In this document: piece by piece, positions 9,955 to 19,395 of the stretch
Layout of the letters: each line of letters begins with the position of its first letter
Numbering within the stretch: the stretch's first letter is position 1
Source of the DNA: an uncultured delta proteobacterium
GTDB lineage: Bacteria > Desulfobacterota > RBG-13-43-22
Direction: 5' to 3'
Assembly: GCA_963790475.1 (NCBI GenBank)
Contig: CAWBOS010000006.1
Span: 192,001 to 256,000 of the forward strand
Length of the DNA stretch: 64,000 bases
Notes under the pieces: generated by a model
Told to the model about the DNA's origin: nothing
Seen by the model: the letters and a program-made list of their open reading frames with translations, nothing else
Database searches by the model: none
Made by a program: the position numbers and the translations under genes

Positions 9955-11263
9955 GACCAGAATGCGTCTCGATCGTCTATTAACCCTATATCTATTTGGT
10001 CCTCTGGCTCGCCTCCGCAAACCCAGGGGTCTGCGAATCCCCATCCTCATGTATCACAGTATTTCCGATGACCCGGAAACCGGCCATCCGTACTATTGGA
10101 TCAACACATCCCCGGCATGCTTCGCCGAACACATGAAATTTCTTTATGATAATGGATATCAGGTAATTCCCCTCTCAACCGCGGTCGAAATGATCCGGAT
10201 GGAAAAAACTAATTCTAAAATTCTAAATTTTAACCTCGAACCTCGAACCTCGAACCTCGAACCTGGATCGAACCTCGAACCTCGAACCTCGAACCCCGAA
10301 AAGGGATTAACCAACAAACCAAACAAACTTAACGAACTCAATAACCCAATAGACCCAATCAACCAGCCAACCAATCAATCCGATCAATTAAATGGACTGG
10401 ATAGACCAAACCAACAAAATAGACCCAATGAACTCAAGGAACCCGAAGAACCCAATGAACTCAACCAACCCAATAGACTCAAAGAACCAGAGAAACCCCG
10501 CTACGTGGTCTTAACCTTTGACGATGGCTATCTCGACTTCTACACCGAAGCCTTTCCCATCCTCCAGCAATACGGTTTCCACGCAACCGTGTTTCTTCCG
10601 ACGATCTTCATCGATGGGAAAAGACCAGGCCTTCGGGGTAAGGAGCACCTCAACTGGGATCAGGTTCGCGAACTTCGTACCGTCGGCATTACTATCGGCT
10701 CTCACACCTGCAGCCACCCACAGCTTTACGATTTGCCGTTAGATAAAATTGAGCAGGAACTCCACCGGTCAAAAGAATCAATCGAATTTCATCTGAATCA
10801 AACAACCAACAAAGAAGTTAAGCAATCAGCCCAGTCAACCAATAAGCCCAATAAACTAAATGAATCCTATGAGCTATCAGCTATGAGCTATAAGCCATTT
10901 CCACCCGATCACCCGATCACCCTGTCTTCCGTGGATTCTTTTTGTTATCCTTATAAATTTCCCGGGCAAAACAAAGCTTTTCGAACTTTGCTATCCGATT
11001 CCTTGAAGAAAACAGGCTATAACAACTGCGTTACGACGAGGATAGGATCATACAATACCGCGGAGGATATTTTGTGTATGAAACGGTTGCCTATGAATAG
11101 GGCCGACGACCATTGGCTTTTTCGTGCGAAGCTTCAGGGAGGCTATGATTGGCTTGCGTGTCTTCAATCCCTGACTAAAAAAACCAACAGGGGGAGCAGA
11201 GTTGGCCGTCCGGTAGGTCAAATGATCGAGAAAGTCCAAACAAAGGCAGGGGTAAGAGCATGA
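9953..11263 (+). CDS. Polysaccharide deacetylase (CE4/NodB-like) with two repeat-derived in-frame insertions
   Basis: ILMYH, LTFDDG, GSHTCSH, FCYPY; low-complexity inserts about 10205-10497 and 10796-10928. Confidence 0.88.
   Translation: MTRMRLDRLLTLYLFGPLARLRKPRGLRIPILMYHSISDDPETGHPYYWINTSPACFAEHMKFLYDNGYQVIPLSTAVEMIRMEKTNSKILNFNLEPRTSNLEPGSNLEPRTSNPEKGLTNKPNKLNELNNPIDPINQPTNQSDQLNGLDRPNQQNRPNELKEPEEPNELNQPNRLKEPEKPRYVVLTFDDGYLDFYTEAFPILQQYGFHATVFLPTIFIDGKRPGLRGKEHLNWDQVRELRTVGITIGSHTCSHPQLYDLPLDKIEQELHRSKESIEFHLNQTTNKEVKQSAQSTNKPNKLNESYELSAMSYKPFPPDHPITLSSVDSFCYPYKFPGQNKAFRTLLSDSLKKTGYNNCVTTRIGSYNTAEDILCMKRLPMNRADDHWLFRAKLQGGYDWLACLQSLTKKTNRGSRVGRPVGQMIEKVQTKAGVRA
10232..10298 (+). repeat. 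(AACCTCG)n heptamer array inside CDS
   Basis: 4 perfect + 1 variant unit, 4-nt spacer, 3 perfect + 1 variant unit. Confidence 0.95.
10308..10497 (+). repeat. Degenerate 9-mer array inside CDS (actcaataa/cccaataga/cccaatgaa type)
   Basis: Direct reading; same family as intergenic 39424-39485 and reverse complement of 37438-37490. Confidence 0.85.
10867..10925 (+). repeat. Heptamer (ctatgag/ctatcag) x4 plus octamer (cacccgat) x3 inside CDS
   Basis: Heptamer tract is the near reverse complement of intergenic 36214-36244. Confidence 0.85.
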
Positions 11264-12126
11264 CTCCCGGATATGTCGTCATCACTCCCATCAGGGATGA
11301 GGAAGCCTACATAGAAAAGACCATCGACTCTATGGTTTCTCAAACAATTGCCCCAATGCAATGGATTATCGTTGACGATGGATCTACGGACGGTACCGGT
11401 GGGCTTATAGATAATGCGGCGAACCTTTACCCTTGGATTCTGTCAATCCATCGAGAGGATAGAGGATTTCGCAAGGCGGGTGGTGGGGTTATTGAGGCCT
11501 TTTACGCTGGTTATGCCGCACTCTCGTGTGAAGATTGGGATTTTGTCGTAAAACTGGACGGGGACCTGTCCTTCGAACCGGACTATTTTGAGAAGTGTTT
11601 TGCTATTTTCAGAACAGATCCCAAACTCGGGGTCGGTGGAGGCCATATCTATAACCTGATCGAAGGCAGATTGGAGCTGGAAAAACAACCACGCTTCCAT
11701 GTGCGAGGAGCTACGAAAATTTACAGGAGAACCTGTTGGGATGCAATAGGCAGTCTGCTTGCCGCACCCGGGTGGGACACCCTCGATGAGGTAAAGGCAA
11801 ATATGCTCGGCTGGACCAGCTACAGCTTCCCGGAGTTGAAGCTGACTCATCATCGGTACACAGGCGGTGCCGATGGCACCTGGCGAGACGCGGTTAAGAA
11901 CGGCCTTTCGGACTACATTTGTGGATACCACCCCTTATTTATGGCAATCAAATGCCTCAAGCGGCTCGGGGGAAAACCCTATCTGTTGGGATCATTGGGC
12001 CACGCCTACGGCTTTGGGAAGGGCTACCTTAAGGGGGTATCTCAAATCAATGACCCAGCGCTCATCAAATACCTGAGGGCGCAGCAGTTGAAGAGGCTTT
12101 GCCTGAAATCCAGTATCTGGACTTAG
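11260..12126 (+). CDS. GT2 glycosyltransferase
   Basis: VVITPIRDEE, IVDDGSTD, KLDGD, GWD. Confidence 0.9.
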   Translation: MTPGYVVITPIRDEEAYIEKTIDSMVSQTIAPMQWIIVDDGSTDGTGGLIDNAANLYPWILSIHREDRGFRKAGGGVIEAFYAGYAALSCEDWDFVVKLDGDLSFEPDYFEKCFAIFRTDPKLGVGGGHIYNLIEGRLELEKQPRFHVRGATKIYRRTCWDAIGSLLAAPGWDTLDEVKANMLGWTSYSFPELKLTHHRYTGGADGTWRDAVKNGLSDYICGYHPLFMAIKCLKRLGGKPYLLGSLGHAYGFGKGYLKGVSQINDPALIKYLRAQQLKRLCLKSSIWT

Positions 12127-12163
12127 GAAGTCAGTTCCCTATTCCGGAGGCAGTCGGCAAAAA

Positions 12164-13138
12164 ATGGATTTATCAATAATCATCGTCAACTGGAATTCCG
12201 CGAACTACCTCCGGAAATGCCTTGAGACTGTATTCGCGAACATCCATGGCCTTGATTTCGAAGTTATTGTAGTCGATAATGCATCCTACGACGGATGCGG
12301 CGAAATACTCGAAACTTACTTCCCGACTGTCAAGTTTGTACAAAGTGCCAAGAATCTCGGGTTTGCAGGCGCCAATAATCTTGGCTTCAACCATTCGTCC
12401 GGAGAAAATCTCCTCTTCCTGAATCCGGATACTGAAGTTCTCGGCTCGGCAATCCAGGACATGCTTCATGTCCTCCGAACGATTCCCGACGCCGGAGCAG
12501 TGGGATGCAGGCTGCTGAATACGGATGGGTCTTTACAGACTACCTGCATCCAGCCGTTCCCAACCCTCCTAAACCAGATGCTGGACACAGATTTTCTGAT
12601 ACTTCGTTTCCCCAGTTGGAAAATTTGGGGCGTAAGGCCCCTTTTCTTCGGTTCGGACCATGCTGAAACTGTTGAGGTGGTGACCGGAGCCTGTTTGCTG
12701 GTAAGGCGAAGTGATTTTGAAAAAGCAGGGATATTCAGTTCCGATTATTTTATGTATGGGGAAGATATAGATCTATGTTTTAAACTGGTCAGGTCCGGTC
12801 AAAGGAATTATTACCAGGGAGGCGCATCGATTGTCCACCATGGGGGGAAGAGTGCGGATCAGGCGAGCTTCAGCCATTTCAATGCGGTCCATAAACGGGA
12901 TTCCGTTCGTATATTTTTCTGCAAATTCAGGGGCCCTTTCCAGGCCCACCTTTACACCTTCACCACCGGGTTATCTGCGGTCGCCCGGTTGATTGTGATC
13001 CTTTTGTCCAGTCCCGGGGCCTTCCTGACTCGGCGCAGGAAGCGCCTGGGGGTGACATTCAAAAAATGGATGACCGTCTTAAAGTGGTCCTTAAGGGGCT
13101 CCCGGCGGACCAACGAAATTTCTTTAAAAGGCGTTTAG
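12164..13138 (+). CDS. GT2 glycosyltransferase (WbbL-like)
   Basis: SIIIVNWNS, VDNASYD, NLGFAGANN, LNPDT, GACLL, YGEDID. Confidence 0.9.
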   Translation: MDLSIIIVNWNSANYLRKCLETVFANIHGLDFEVIVVDNASYDGCGEILETYFPTVKFVQSAKNLGFAGANNLGFNHSSGENLLFLNPDTEVLGSAIQDMLHVLRTIPDAGAVGCRLLNTDGSLQTTCIQPFPTLLNQMLDTDFLILRFPSWKIWGVRPLFFGSDHAETVEVVTGACLLVRRSDFEKAGIFSSDYFMYGEDIDLCFKLVRSGQRNYYQGGASIVHHGGKSADQASFSHFNAVHKRDSVRIFFCKFRGPFQAHLYTFTTGLSAVARLIVILLSSPGAFLTRRRKRLGVTFKKWMTVLKWSLRGSRRTNEISLKGV

Positions 13139-13147
13139 ACAATTTCC

Positions 13148-15070
13148 ATGTGTGGAATCTGCGGCATATTTTATCTGGATAAGGATCGGGTGGTGTCACC
13201 GATTCTTTTGAAAAACATGGCTGACATCATGCATCACCGGGGGCCTGACGACGAAGGGTTTTATATCGCCGGACGGATTGGATTTGGCCATAGACGCCTC
13301 TCGATTATCGACCTCGATACAGGCAAGCAGCCGATAAGCAATGAAGATGAAACAGTCTGGATCGTTTTCAATGGAGAAATCTATAATTATCTGGAACTTA
13401 AAAAAACATTGATAGCCAAGGGACATCAGTTTAAGACTCGCTCGGATACCGAGGTGATTATTCATGCTTATGAGGAATATGGGGCCGATTGCGTAACCAA
13501 GCTCAATGGGATGTTCGCCTTCGCCATCTGGGACGAAAAACAACAAACCTTATTCCTGGCCCGGGACCGTGTCGGGATCAAACCGCTTTATTATACCCGG
13601 ACTGAAGGGGCCTTGGTGTTTGCCTCTGAAATCAAGGCCATTCTGACGGATCCTTCCATTCCCAGGAGAATGAACCTGGGTTCCATCGACAGGTTTCTGA
13701 CTTACTATTATCTCCCCGGGGAAGAAACTTTACTCGAAGGTATCTATAAACTTAGTCCAGGCCATTATCTAATAGCTAATGAAAAGGGGGTAACCAAACG
13801 GCGGTATTGGGATTTACATTTTGATATTTCACCTCGCTGGCAGGATTTTAATGAAGCGGTGGAAGCCTTACGGGAGATCCTGCGCCGGTCGGTCAAGGAT
13901 CATATGATCAGTGATGTCCCGGTGGGTGTGCTGCTCAGCGGCGGGGTGGATTCTACCGGAGTGTTGCGTTATGCCGTCGAGCAGACCGACAAACCTATTC
14001 GGACGTTTACCATCGGGTTTGAGGGAGAGAAATTTACCGACGAACGGCCCTATGCCCGTTTGGCGGCCGAGCGCTATGGTACGATTCATCAGGATATAAC
14101 CATGACCTCCAGGGATTTCCGTGAATTCCTCCCCCATTATGTCTGGCATATGGAAGAGCCCGTCTGTGAACCGCCGGCCGTGGCCCTCTATTATGTTTCC
14201 CGGCTCGCCCGGGACAACGGGGTCAAGGTGCTGCTCTCCGGGGAGGGGGGGGACGAGGCCTTCGGAGGTTATCAGACTTACCGAAACCTTCTTTTATTAG
14301 AGAAATTAAAATCAGCCTTCGGTCCGGCCAAAGGATTGTTGCGACTCGGTTTTCAGGCTTTGGGGCGGGTCGGTCTGAAACGTTTTGAACACTACGGCAC
14401 CTTGGTTGACCCGACCCTATCCCAATACTACCTCAGTCGTACTTCCACCCCATACATGGGATTCAACCGCCTCAAAGGTTCCCTTTACACGGAGGAATTC
14501 AAGGAAGCACTCCGTACCGGCCAATCAGCGGAATCAACCAATCAGCCTTTCAATCAATTTGATGATCTGCAGATCAACCAATCTCCCTTAAATTACATGC
14601 TTTATATGGATACGAAAACCTGGCTTCCGGATGATTTGCTGGTAAAGGCGGACAAGATGACCATGGCCACCTCTGTAGAGCTGCGGGTACCGCTGCTCGA
14701 TTTTCAAATTCTGGAATTCGCGGCATCGCTTCCGGAGGATTATAAGGTTCGGGGCTGGGAAACCAAACGGATCCTTAAGGCGTGCCTGGCAGAGTCCGTG
14801 CCCTCGGAAATTTTAAGAAGGAAAAAGACCGGCTTTCCAGTTCCATACGGCAACTGGTTACAAGGGAACCTGAAAGATCTCGTTGAAAAAAACTTATTAG
14901 AAAAAGAAGCTGTTGGACGTGGCTATTTTTTCAGAAAAGGGATAGAAGAGATGGTCTCAGCCAATGCGACGAGAGGGGATGGCGCCAAGGAGATCTTTTC
15001 CCTATTGGTATTAGAACTTTGGCATAAAAAATTTTTAGATAACAAAACCATGAATCCTTTAAGCTCTTAA
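13148..15070 (+). CDS. asnB: Asparagine synthase (glutamine-hydrolysing) family amidotransferase
   Basis: MCGICG, HRGPD, NGEIYN, LLSGGVDS, SGEGGDE, ELRVP. Confidence 0.93.
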   Translation: MCGICGIFYLDKDRVVSPILLKNMADIMHHRGPDDEGFYIAGRIGFGHRRLSIIDLDTGKQPISNEDETVWIVFNGEIYNYLELKKTLIAKGHQFKTRSDTEVIIHAYEEYGADCVTKLNGMFAFAIWDEKQQTLFLARDRVGIKPLYYTRTEGALVFASEIKAILTDPSIPRRMNLGSIDRFLTYYYLPGEETLLEGIYKLSPGHYLIANEKGVTKRRYWDLHFDISPRWQDFNEAVEALREILRRSVKDHMISDVPVGVLLSGGVDSTGVLRYAVEQTDKPIRTFTIGFEGEKFTDERPYARLAAERYGTIHQDITMTSRDFREFLPHYVWHMEEPVCEPPAVALYYVSRLARDNGVKVLLSGEGGDEAFGGYQTYRNLLLLEKLKSAFGPAKGLLRLGFQALGRVGLKRFEHYGTLVDPTLSQYYLSRTSTPYMGFNRLKGSLYTEEFKEALRTGQSAESTNQPFNQFDDLQINQSPLNYMLYMDTKTWLPDDLLVKADKMTMATSVELRVPLLDFQILEFAASLPEDYKVRGWETKRILKACLAESVPSEILRRKKTGFPVPYGNWLQGNLKDLVEKNLLEKEAVGRGYFFRKGIEEMVSANATRGDGAKEIFSLLVLELWHKKFLDNKTMNPLSS

Positions 15071-15102
15071 GGAATTGTTTTTAAAATATAGGAAAACCGG
15101 TT

Positions 15103-16320
15103 ATGGAACATAACGCTAAGGTTCGGGTATTGTACAGCTTTCCTCACAAAATCGGGGCTGATAGGATCTGTTATACAGCCTGGCAGCAGGTAAATGGTCT
15201 GGCCCTTGCCGGTGCCGATATTTTGGTTTTCCCGGGGGTTCTTCACAAACCATTTCCGTCGAAGGTGAAAGTGCAGCCAACCCTCGCACGAGGGAAACTG
15301 CGGCTGTCGTACAAGCTTTTGGGGACCATGCGCGCCTGCGCGTTACACGACCATATTGTATCTCGCAGGATAAAAAAGCTGGTGGGCCAGATCGATATCA
15401 TCCACACCTGGGCCTTGGGGGCGGAAGAAACGCTAAAGACTGCCGCCAGGCTAGGGATTCCAACAGTTTTGGAAAGGCCTAACGCCCATACGCGTTTTGC
15501 CTATGAGGTGGTACAAAGGGAATGCGAGAAACTGGGCGTGGCTTTGCCGCCGAACCACGAACATGCTTATAAGGCCGATGTTCTGGAAAAGGAGGAAAGG
15601 GAGTATGAAATGGCCGATTATCTGTTATGCCCCTCCGAATTTGTGGTAAAAACCTTTCTTGACCAGGGTTTTAAACGGGAGAAATTGGTCAGGCACATAT
15701 ATGGATTTGATGAGAAGAGATTTTTTCCTGACAATAGGCAGAAAGATAACGGCAAAGGGATTACCATGATCTCGGTAGGTGTATGCGCCGTGAGGAAAGG
15801 GTTGCATTATGCATTGGAGGCCTGGCTGAATTCTCCAGCCAGCCGAGATGGGACATTCTTAATCGCCGGGGAATTTGTTCCCGACTATGCCAAAAAACTC
15901 TCGAAAATGCTGTCCCATCCTAGTGTTCAGGTGCTCGGGCACCGTAACGACGTGCCGGAATTGATCCGGAAAAGTGACATCCTGGTTCTGCCAAGCATCG
16001 AGGAAGGTTTTGGCCTGGTTTGCACTGAAGCCATGGGAAGTGGATGTGTCCCACTGGTTTCGGACGCCTGCACAGAAATATGTGTACATATGGAAAATGC
16101 CTTAGTGCACCACGTTGGTGACGTTAAGATGCTCACCCAACAAATCAACCAACTTTACCAAGATCGATTGCTCCTGGAGAGACTGCGTAAGGGATGTTTG
16201 GAAACCGCACCTGAAGTTACGTGGACCGTAGCAGGAGTCAGGTTGCTCCAGGCGTATCGAGAGGTCATGGCAGCCAGATCCGAGAGGAATATCTTAGATC
16301 GGCTCTCTCTGTGTAGTTAA
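15103..16320 (+). CDS. GT4 glycosyltransferase
   Basis: RKG, LPSIEEGFGLVCTEAMGSG. Confidence 0.9.
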   Translation: MEHNAKVRVLYSFPHKIGADRICYTAWQQVNGLALAGADILVFPGVLHKPFPSKVKVQPTLARGKLRLSYKLLGTMRACALHDHIVSRRIKKLVGQIDIIHTWALGAEETLKTAARLGIPTVLERPNAHTRFAYEVVQRECEKLGVALPPNHEHAYKADVLEKEEREYEMADYLLCPSEFVVKTFLDQGFKREKLVRHIYGFDEKRFFPDNRQKDNGKGITMISVGVCAVRKGLHYALEAWLNSPASRDGTFLIAGEFVPDYAKKLSKMLSHPSVQVLGHRNDVPELIRKSDILVLPSIEEGFGLVCTEAMGSGCVPLVSDACTEICVHMENALVHHVGDVKMLTQQINQLYQDRLLLERLRKGCLETAPEVTWTVAGVRLLQAYREVMAARSERNILDRLSLCS

Positions 16321-16335
16321 GTTTAGGTTATCTGT

Positions 16336-17295
16336 ATGAAAATCAGCGTTCTTATCCCGACTTACAATTCTTCAAAGACTATCCGAGCGACTCTCGACTC
16401 AGTGTTACAGCAAACTGTTCAGCCGGATGAAATACTTGTTCTCGATGATGGAAGCACCGACGATACGGTGTCACTGCTTAATTCATACAAGGGAAAGGTT
16501 AACGTTTTTCAGCAGGGGAATAGAGGTGTGGCCAGTGCCCGAAATGTGCTTTGCGAGCGTGCCAATGGGGACCTCATTGCTTTCCTCGATCACGATGACA
16601 TCTGGCATCCAGCCTACCTCGAGGTACAGCGTAGGCATTTAGAAGATTACCCAGACTCAGTTGCGTTCTTCACAGGGCATGTTAACTTTTATGGATATGG
16701 GGCGTACCGTTGGGAGAATAATGAATTTGACGTCGAGGAGACTCCTGAAGTAATGAGCCCCTTGAGGTTCTTTAAGAGATATAACAAATTCAACGGCCTT
16801 TTTAGCTCCGCCAGTTTCTTTTGCATTCGCAAATCGGTGCTGTCAAAAATTGGTAGCGAACCATTCCTTGAACAAGTCAGTGGAGTGGACGATGGTTATC
16901 TCTGCAATTTACTTCCCTTTTTTGGTTGTGTAGTCTATACTCGGCTTCCTTTGGTAGCGTATAGAATTATTAAGGAGGGACAATCGACGGACAAATTAAA
17001 GACCTTCGGGCTCAATGTAAAAATGTTTGAGCTTCTCGAGAGACGCTACAGAAACTTGCTAGACAGGAGACTCTCCACGGCCTTCGAAATGGCTTATGCT
17101 TCAAAAAGACGGACATACGCCAAGTTTTTATTGGGGGCAGGGATGACCTCCGACGCACGAGCCCAGCTACGGCACTCTCTGGGAAACACAAAAAATCCTT
17201 TGTCAATAGTAAAATCCCAGGCCTTGCTGTTATTGAGCTACATGCCCTCTCAGCTACAGCCTAAATATCCTACGAGCTACCGAGAATGGGAGTGA
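16336..17295 (+). CDS. GT2 glycosyltransferase
   Basis: SVLIPTYN, DDGSTD, ASARN, FLDHDD. Confidence 0.9.
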   Translation: MKISVLIPTYNSSKTIRATLDSVLQQTVQPDEILVLDDGSTDDTVSLLNSYKGKVNVFQQGNRGVASARNVLCERANGDLIAFLDHDDIWHPAYLEVQRRHLEDYPDSVAFFTGHVNFYGYGAYRWENNEFDVEETPEVMSPLRFFKRYNKFNGLFSSASFFCIRKSVLSKIGSEPFLEQVSGVDDGYLCNLLPFFGCVVYTRLPLVAYRIIKEGQSTDKLKTFGLNVKMFELLERRYRNLLDRRLSTAFEMAYASKRRTYAKFLLGAGMTSDARAQLRHSLGNTKNPLSIVKSQALLLLSYMPSQLQPKYPTSYREWE

Positions 17296-17387
17296 TGAGA
17301 ATCTTTGTGAATATCAATGTGGTCGGAGGAGTTTGGATCAACCGCAGGAGACTATTATGAACCGGGATAGTAAAAATTACTAAGAAT

Positions 17388-18752
17388 GTGAAGAGGCGGA
17401 TGCCAGAAACAAATGCTCCAACTTTGAGCCTGATAGGCCTCCTGTTAACCTTAGGGTTAGGCTCCTTGTTCCTTGTGTTACCGCGACGGTTCGCAGTGTT
17501 TCCGCTGATAGCGTCGGCATGCTTCATTACCTTGGGCCAGACAATTGTAGTCGCAAATATCTTTCATTTTACATCCTTCCGGATCGTTATACTCGTTGGA
17601 TGGCTTAGGCTGCTTGTCCGCCACGAATTATCATTATCAACAAAGTTCAATATCATGGACAAGCTTATCATTGTCTATGCAAGCGTGGGTTTTATATTAC
17701 CTATCATACTATTCGGGACTCTAGAAGCTCTAATAGCCCAGTCGGGGTTTATATATAACTTAATAGGCATATATTTCTTATTCAGATTCCTAATTAGAGA
17801 TTACGAGGATATGGAAAAAGCTGTCAAGATACTAGGTCTCTGTTTGATTCCTCTTGCAGGGTTTATGATCGTTGAGATGTCTACGGGCAGGAATATGTTT
17901 TCTGCTTTAGGAGGTGTTCCCGAGTTCAGCGCTTTTCGAGATGGCCAATTTCGCTGTCAAGGACCGTTTAGGCATCCAATCCTGGCCGGTAGCTTGGGGG
18001 CTGTGTCCACGCCTCTCCTAATAGGGTTGTTGGGCAAGCAAGAAAATCGCAGATGGTGGGCCATACTAAGTATTATTGCCTCTACGGCGATTGTTATTGC
18101 TTCACATTCGAGTGGGCCCGCCTTGGCCTATGGCTTTGGGTTGATTGGCTTGGGGGCCTGGCTCTGGAGACGTAAAATGCGCCTTATCAGATGGGCAATC
18201 CTGACATCATTGATCTTGCTCCATCTCATAATGAAGGCGCCTGTGTGGTATTTGATGGACCGTATTAGCGGCTTAATAGGCGGAGGTGGGTGGCACCGGG
18301 CTTACCTTATAGATCAGGCGATTAAGCACATTGACGAGTGGTGGCTATTGGGCACGAAATCTACAGCTGATTGGATGCCTTACACTCTCGCCATCGACCC
18401 CAACGCCGCCGATATTACTAATCAATTTATTGTTGAAGGTGTGACAGGAGGGCTGTTAAGGATGGGGCTCTTTATCTGTATAATTGTGACATGCTTCATA
18501 ATAATCGGTAGTCGTGTGCGTAAACTGAATAATGTGTTTAAATATCAGGCATTTCTTATATGGGGTCTTGGGGCCAGCCTGCTGGCGCATGTCACATCGT
18601 TCTTTTCTGTATCCTATTTTGATCAAATGACTTTGTTCTGGTACATGCTCCTGGCATTTATTGTAACGTCAATTCCTTCATCTCGAGTTAGCGAGAATAT
18701 CACCACGGCTGGTTTTCAATATCCTAACCTTCACGACTGTTTCAAGAAATGA
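17388..18752 (+). CDS. Multi-pass membrane protein, Wzy polymerase / O-antigen-ligase-like
   Basis: About 12 hydrophobic segments; R.QGPF.HP, HR; EPS context. Confidence 0.7.
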   Translation: MKRRMPETNAPTLSLIGLLLTLGLGSLFLVLPRRFAVFPLIASACFITLGQTIVVANIFHFTSFRIVILVGWLRLLVRHELSLSTKFNIMDKLIIVYASVGFILPIILFGTLEALIAQSGFIYNLIGIYFLFRFLIRDYEDMEKAVKILGLCLIPLAGFMIVEMSTGRNMFSALGGVPEFSAFRDGQFRCQGPFRHPILAGSLGAVSTPLLIGLLGKQENRRWWAILSIIASTAIVIASHSSGPALAYGFGLIGLGAWLWRRKMRLIRWAILTSLILLHLIMKAPVWYLMDRISGLIGGGGWHRAYLIDQAIKHIDEWWLLGTKSTADWMPYTLAIDPNAADITNQFIVEGVTGGLLRMGLFICIIVTCFIIIGSRVRKLNNVFKYQAFLIWGLGASLLAHVTSFFSVSYFDQMTLFWYMLLAFIVTSIPSSRVSENITTAGFQYPNLHDCFKK

Positions 18753-19259
18753 ATGATATGTACTGCTATGTAATTGTATGAGAGAAATGCTTGCATTCAC
18801 TCTAATGCGATCACAGGGGTATCTATTTTTAGGTCTTTTCGGAGTCCCTGTTTTCAATTGTTTCATGAGATGACGGCAATTCACTCAAATTCAATTTTGA
18901 CTAATGATCATAGGCAATTCAGTGATTTACTTTTGATGTGTTTTTATGATTTATCGTTGAATTAATCCATTTTATATAATTTCATTCCTTCAAGATCAGA
19001 GGATTGTCAATAACAAAAATTATATAGTGAAAAATCATTCAGCCTATATCGAAATCTGTAGAGAAAAACCTTCACCAGGGTGCTTATTTTTATATGCCGT
19101 TCTCAAAATATAGCTGATATTTTCAACTAATTTTTGTCATTTTATTACAAGTATTGTTAATCAATCCCCGCGCTTAACAGAGAACAGATATTTCCAAATC
19201 ATGAACAAAATATAATAAATGTAGATACATGTAATTTCCTGCTGATTAATTAATTATTG

Positions 19260-19275
19260 TGGCATTTTATTTGCA
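19260..19275 (+). promoter_or_regulatory. Sigma54 -24/-12 promoter
   Basis: TGGCATTTTATTTGCA, GG-N10-GC spacing. Confidence 0.7.
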
Positions 19276-19395
19276 ATAAAATATTTTGTCAAAATTTAGG
19301 TTAAATTATAAGGTGAAGGGGAATTTTTTATGAATAGAGTAGAATTATTTAGTAAATATACAAAAAAAAATGAGATTATAGGTCAAAGGGTTATA

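Noticed and set aside
19135-19149. PrsR box upstream of the beta-helix gene
   Set aside because: Spacing is TGT-N9-ACA, not N11. The similar site at 51943-51960 is N12, so neither was called.
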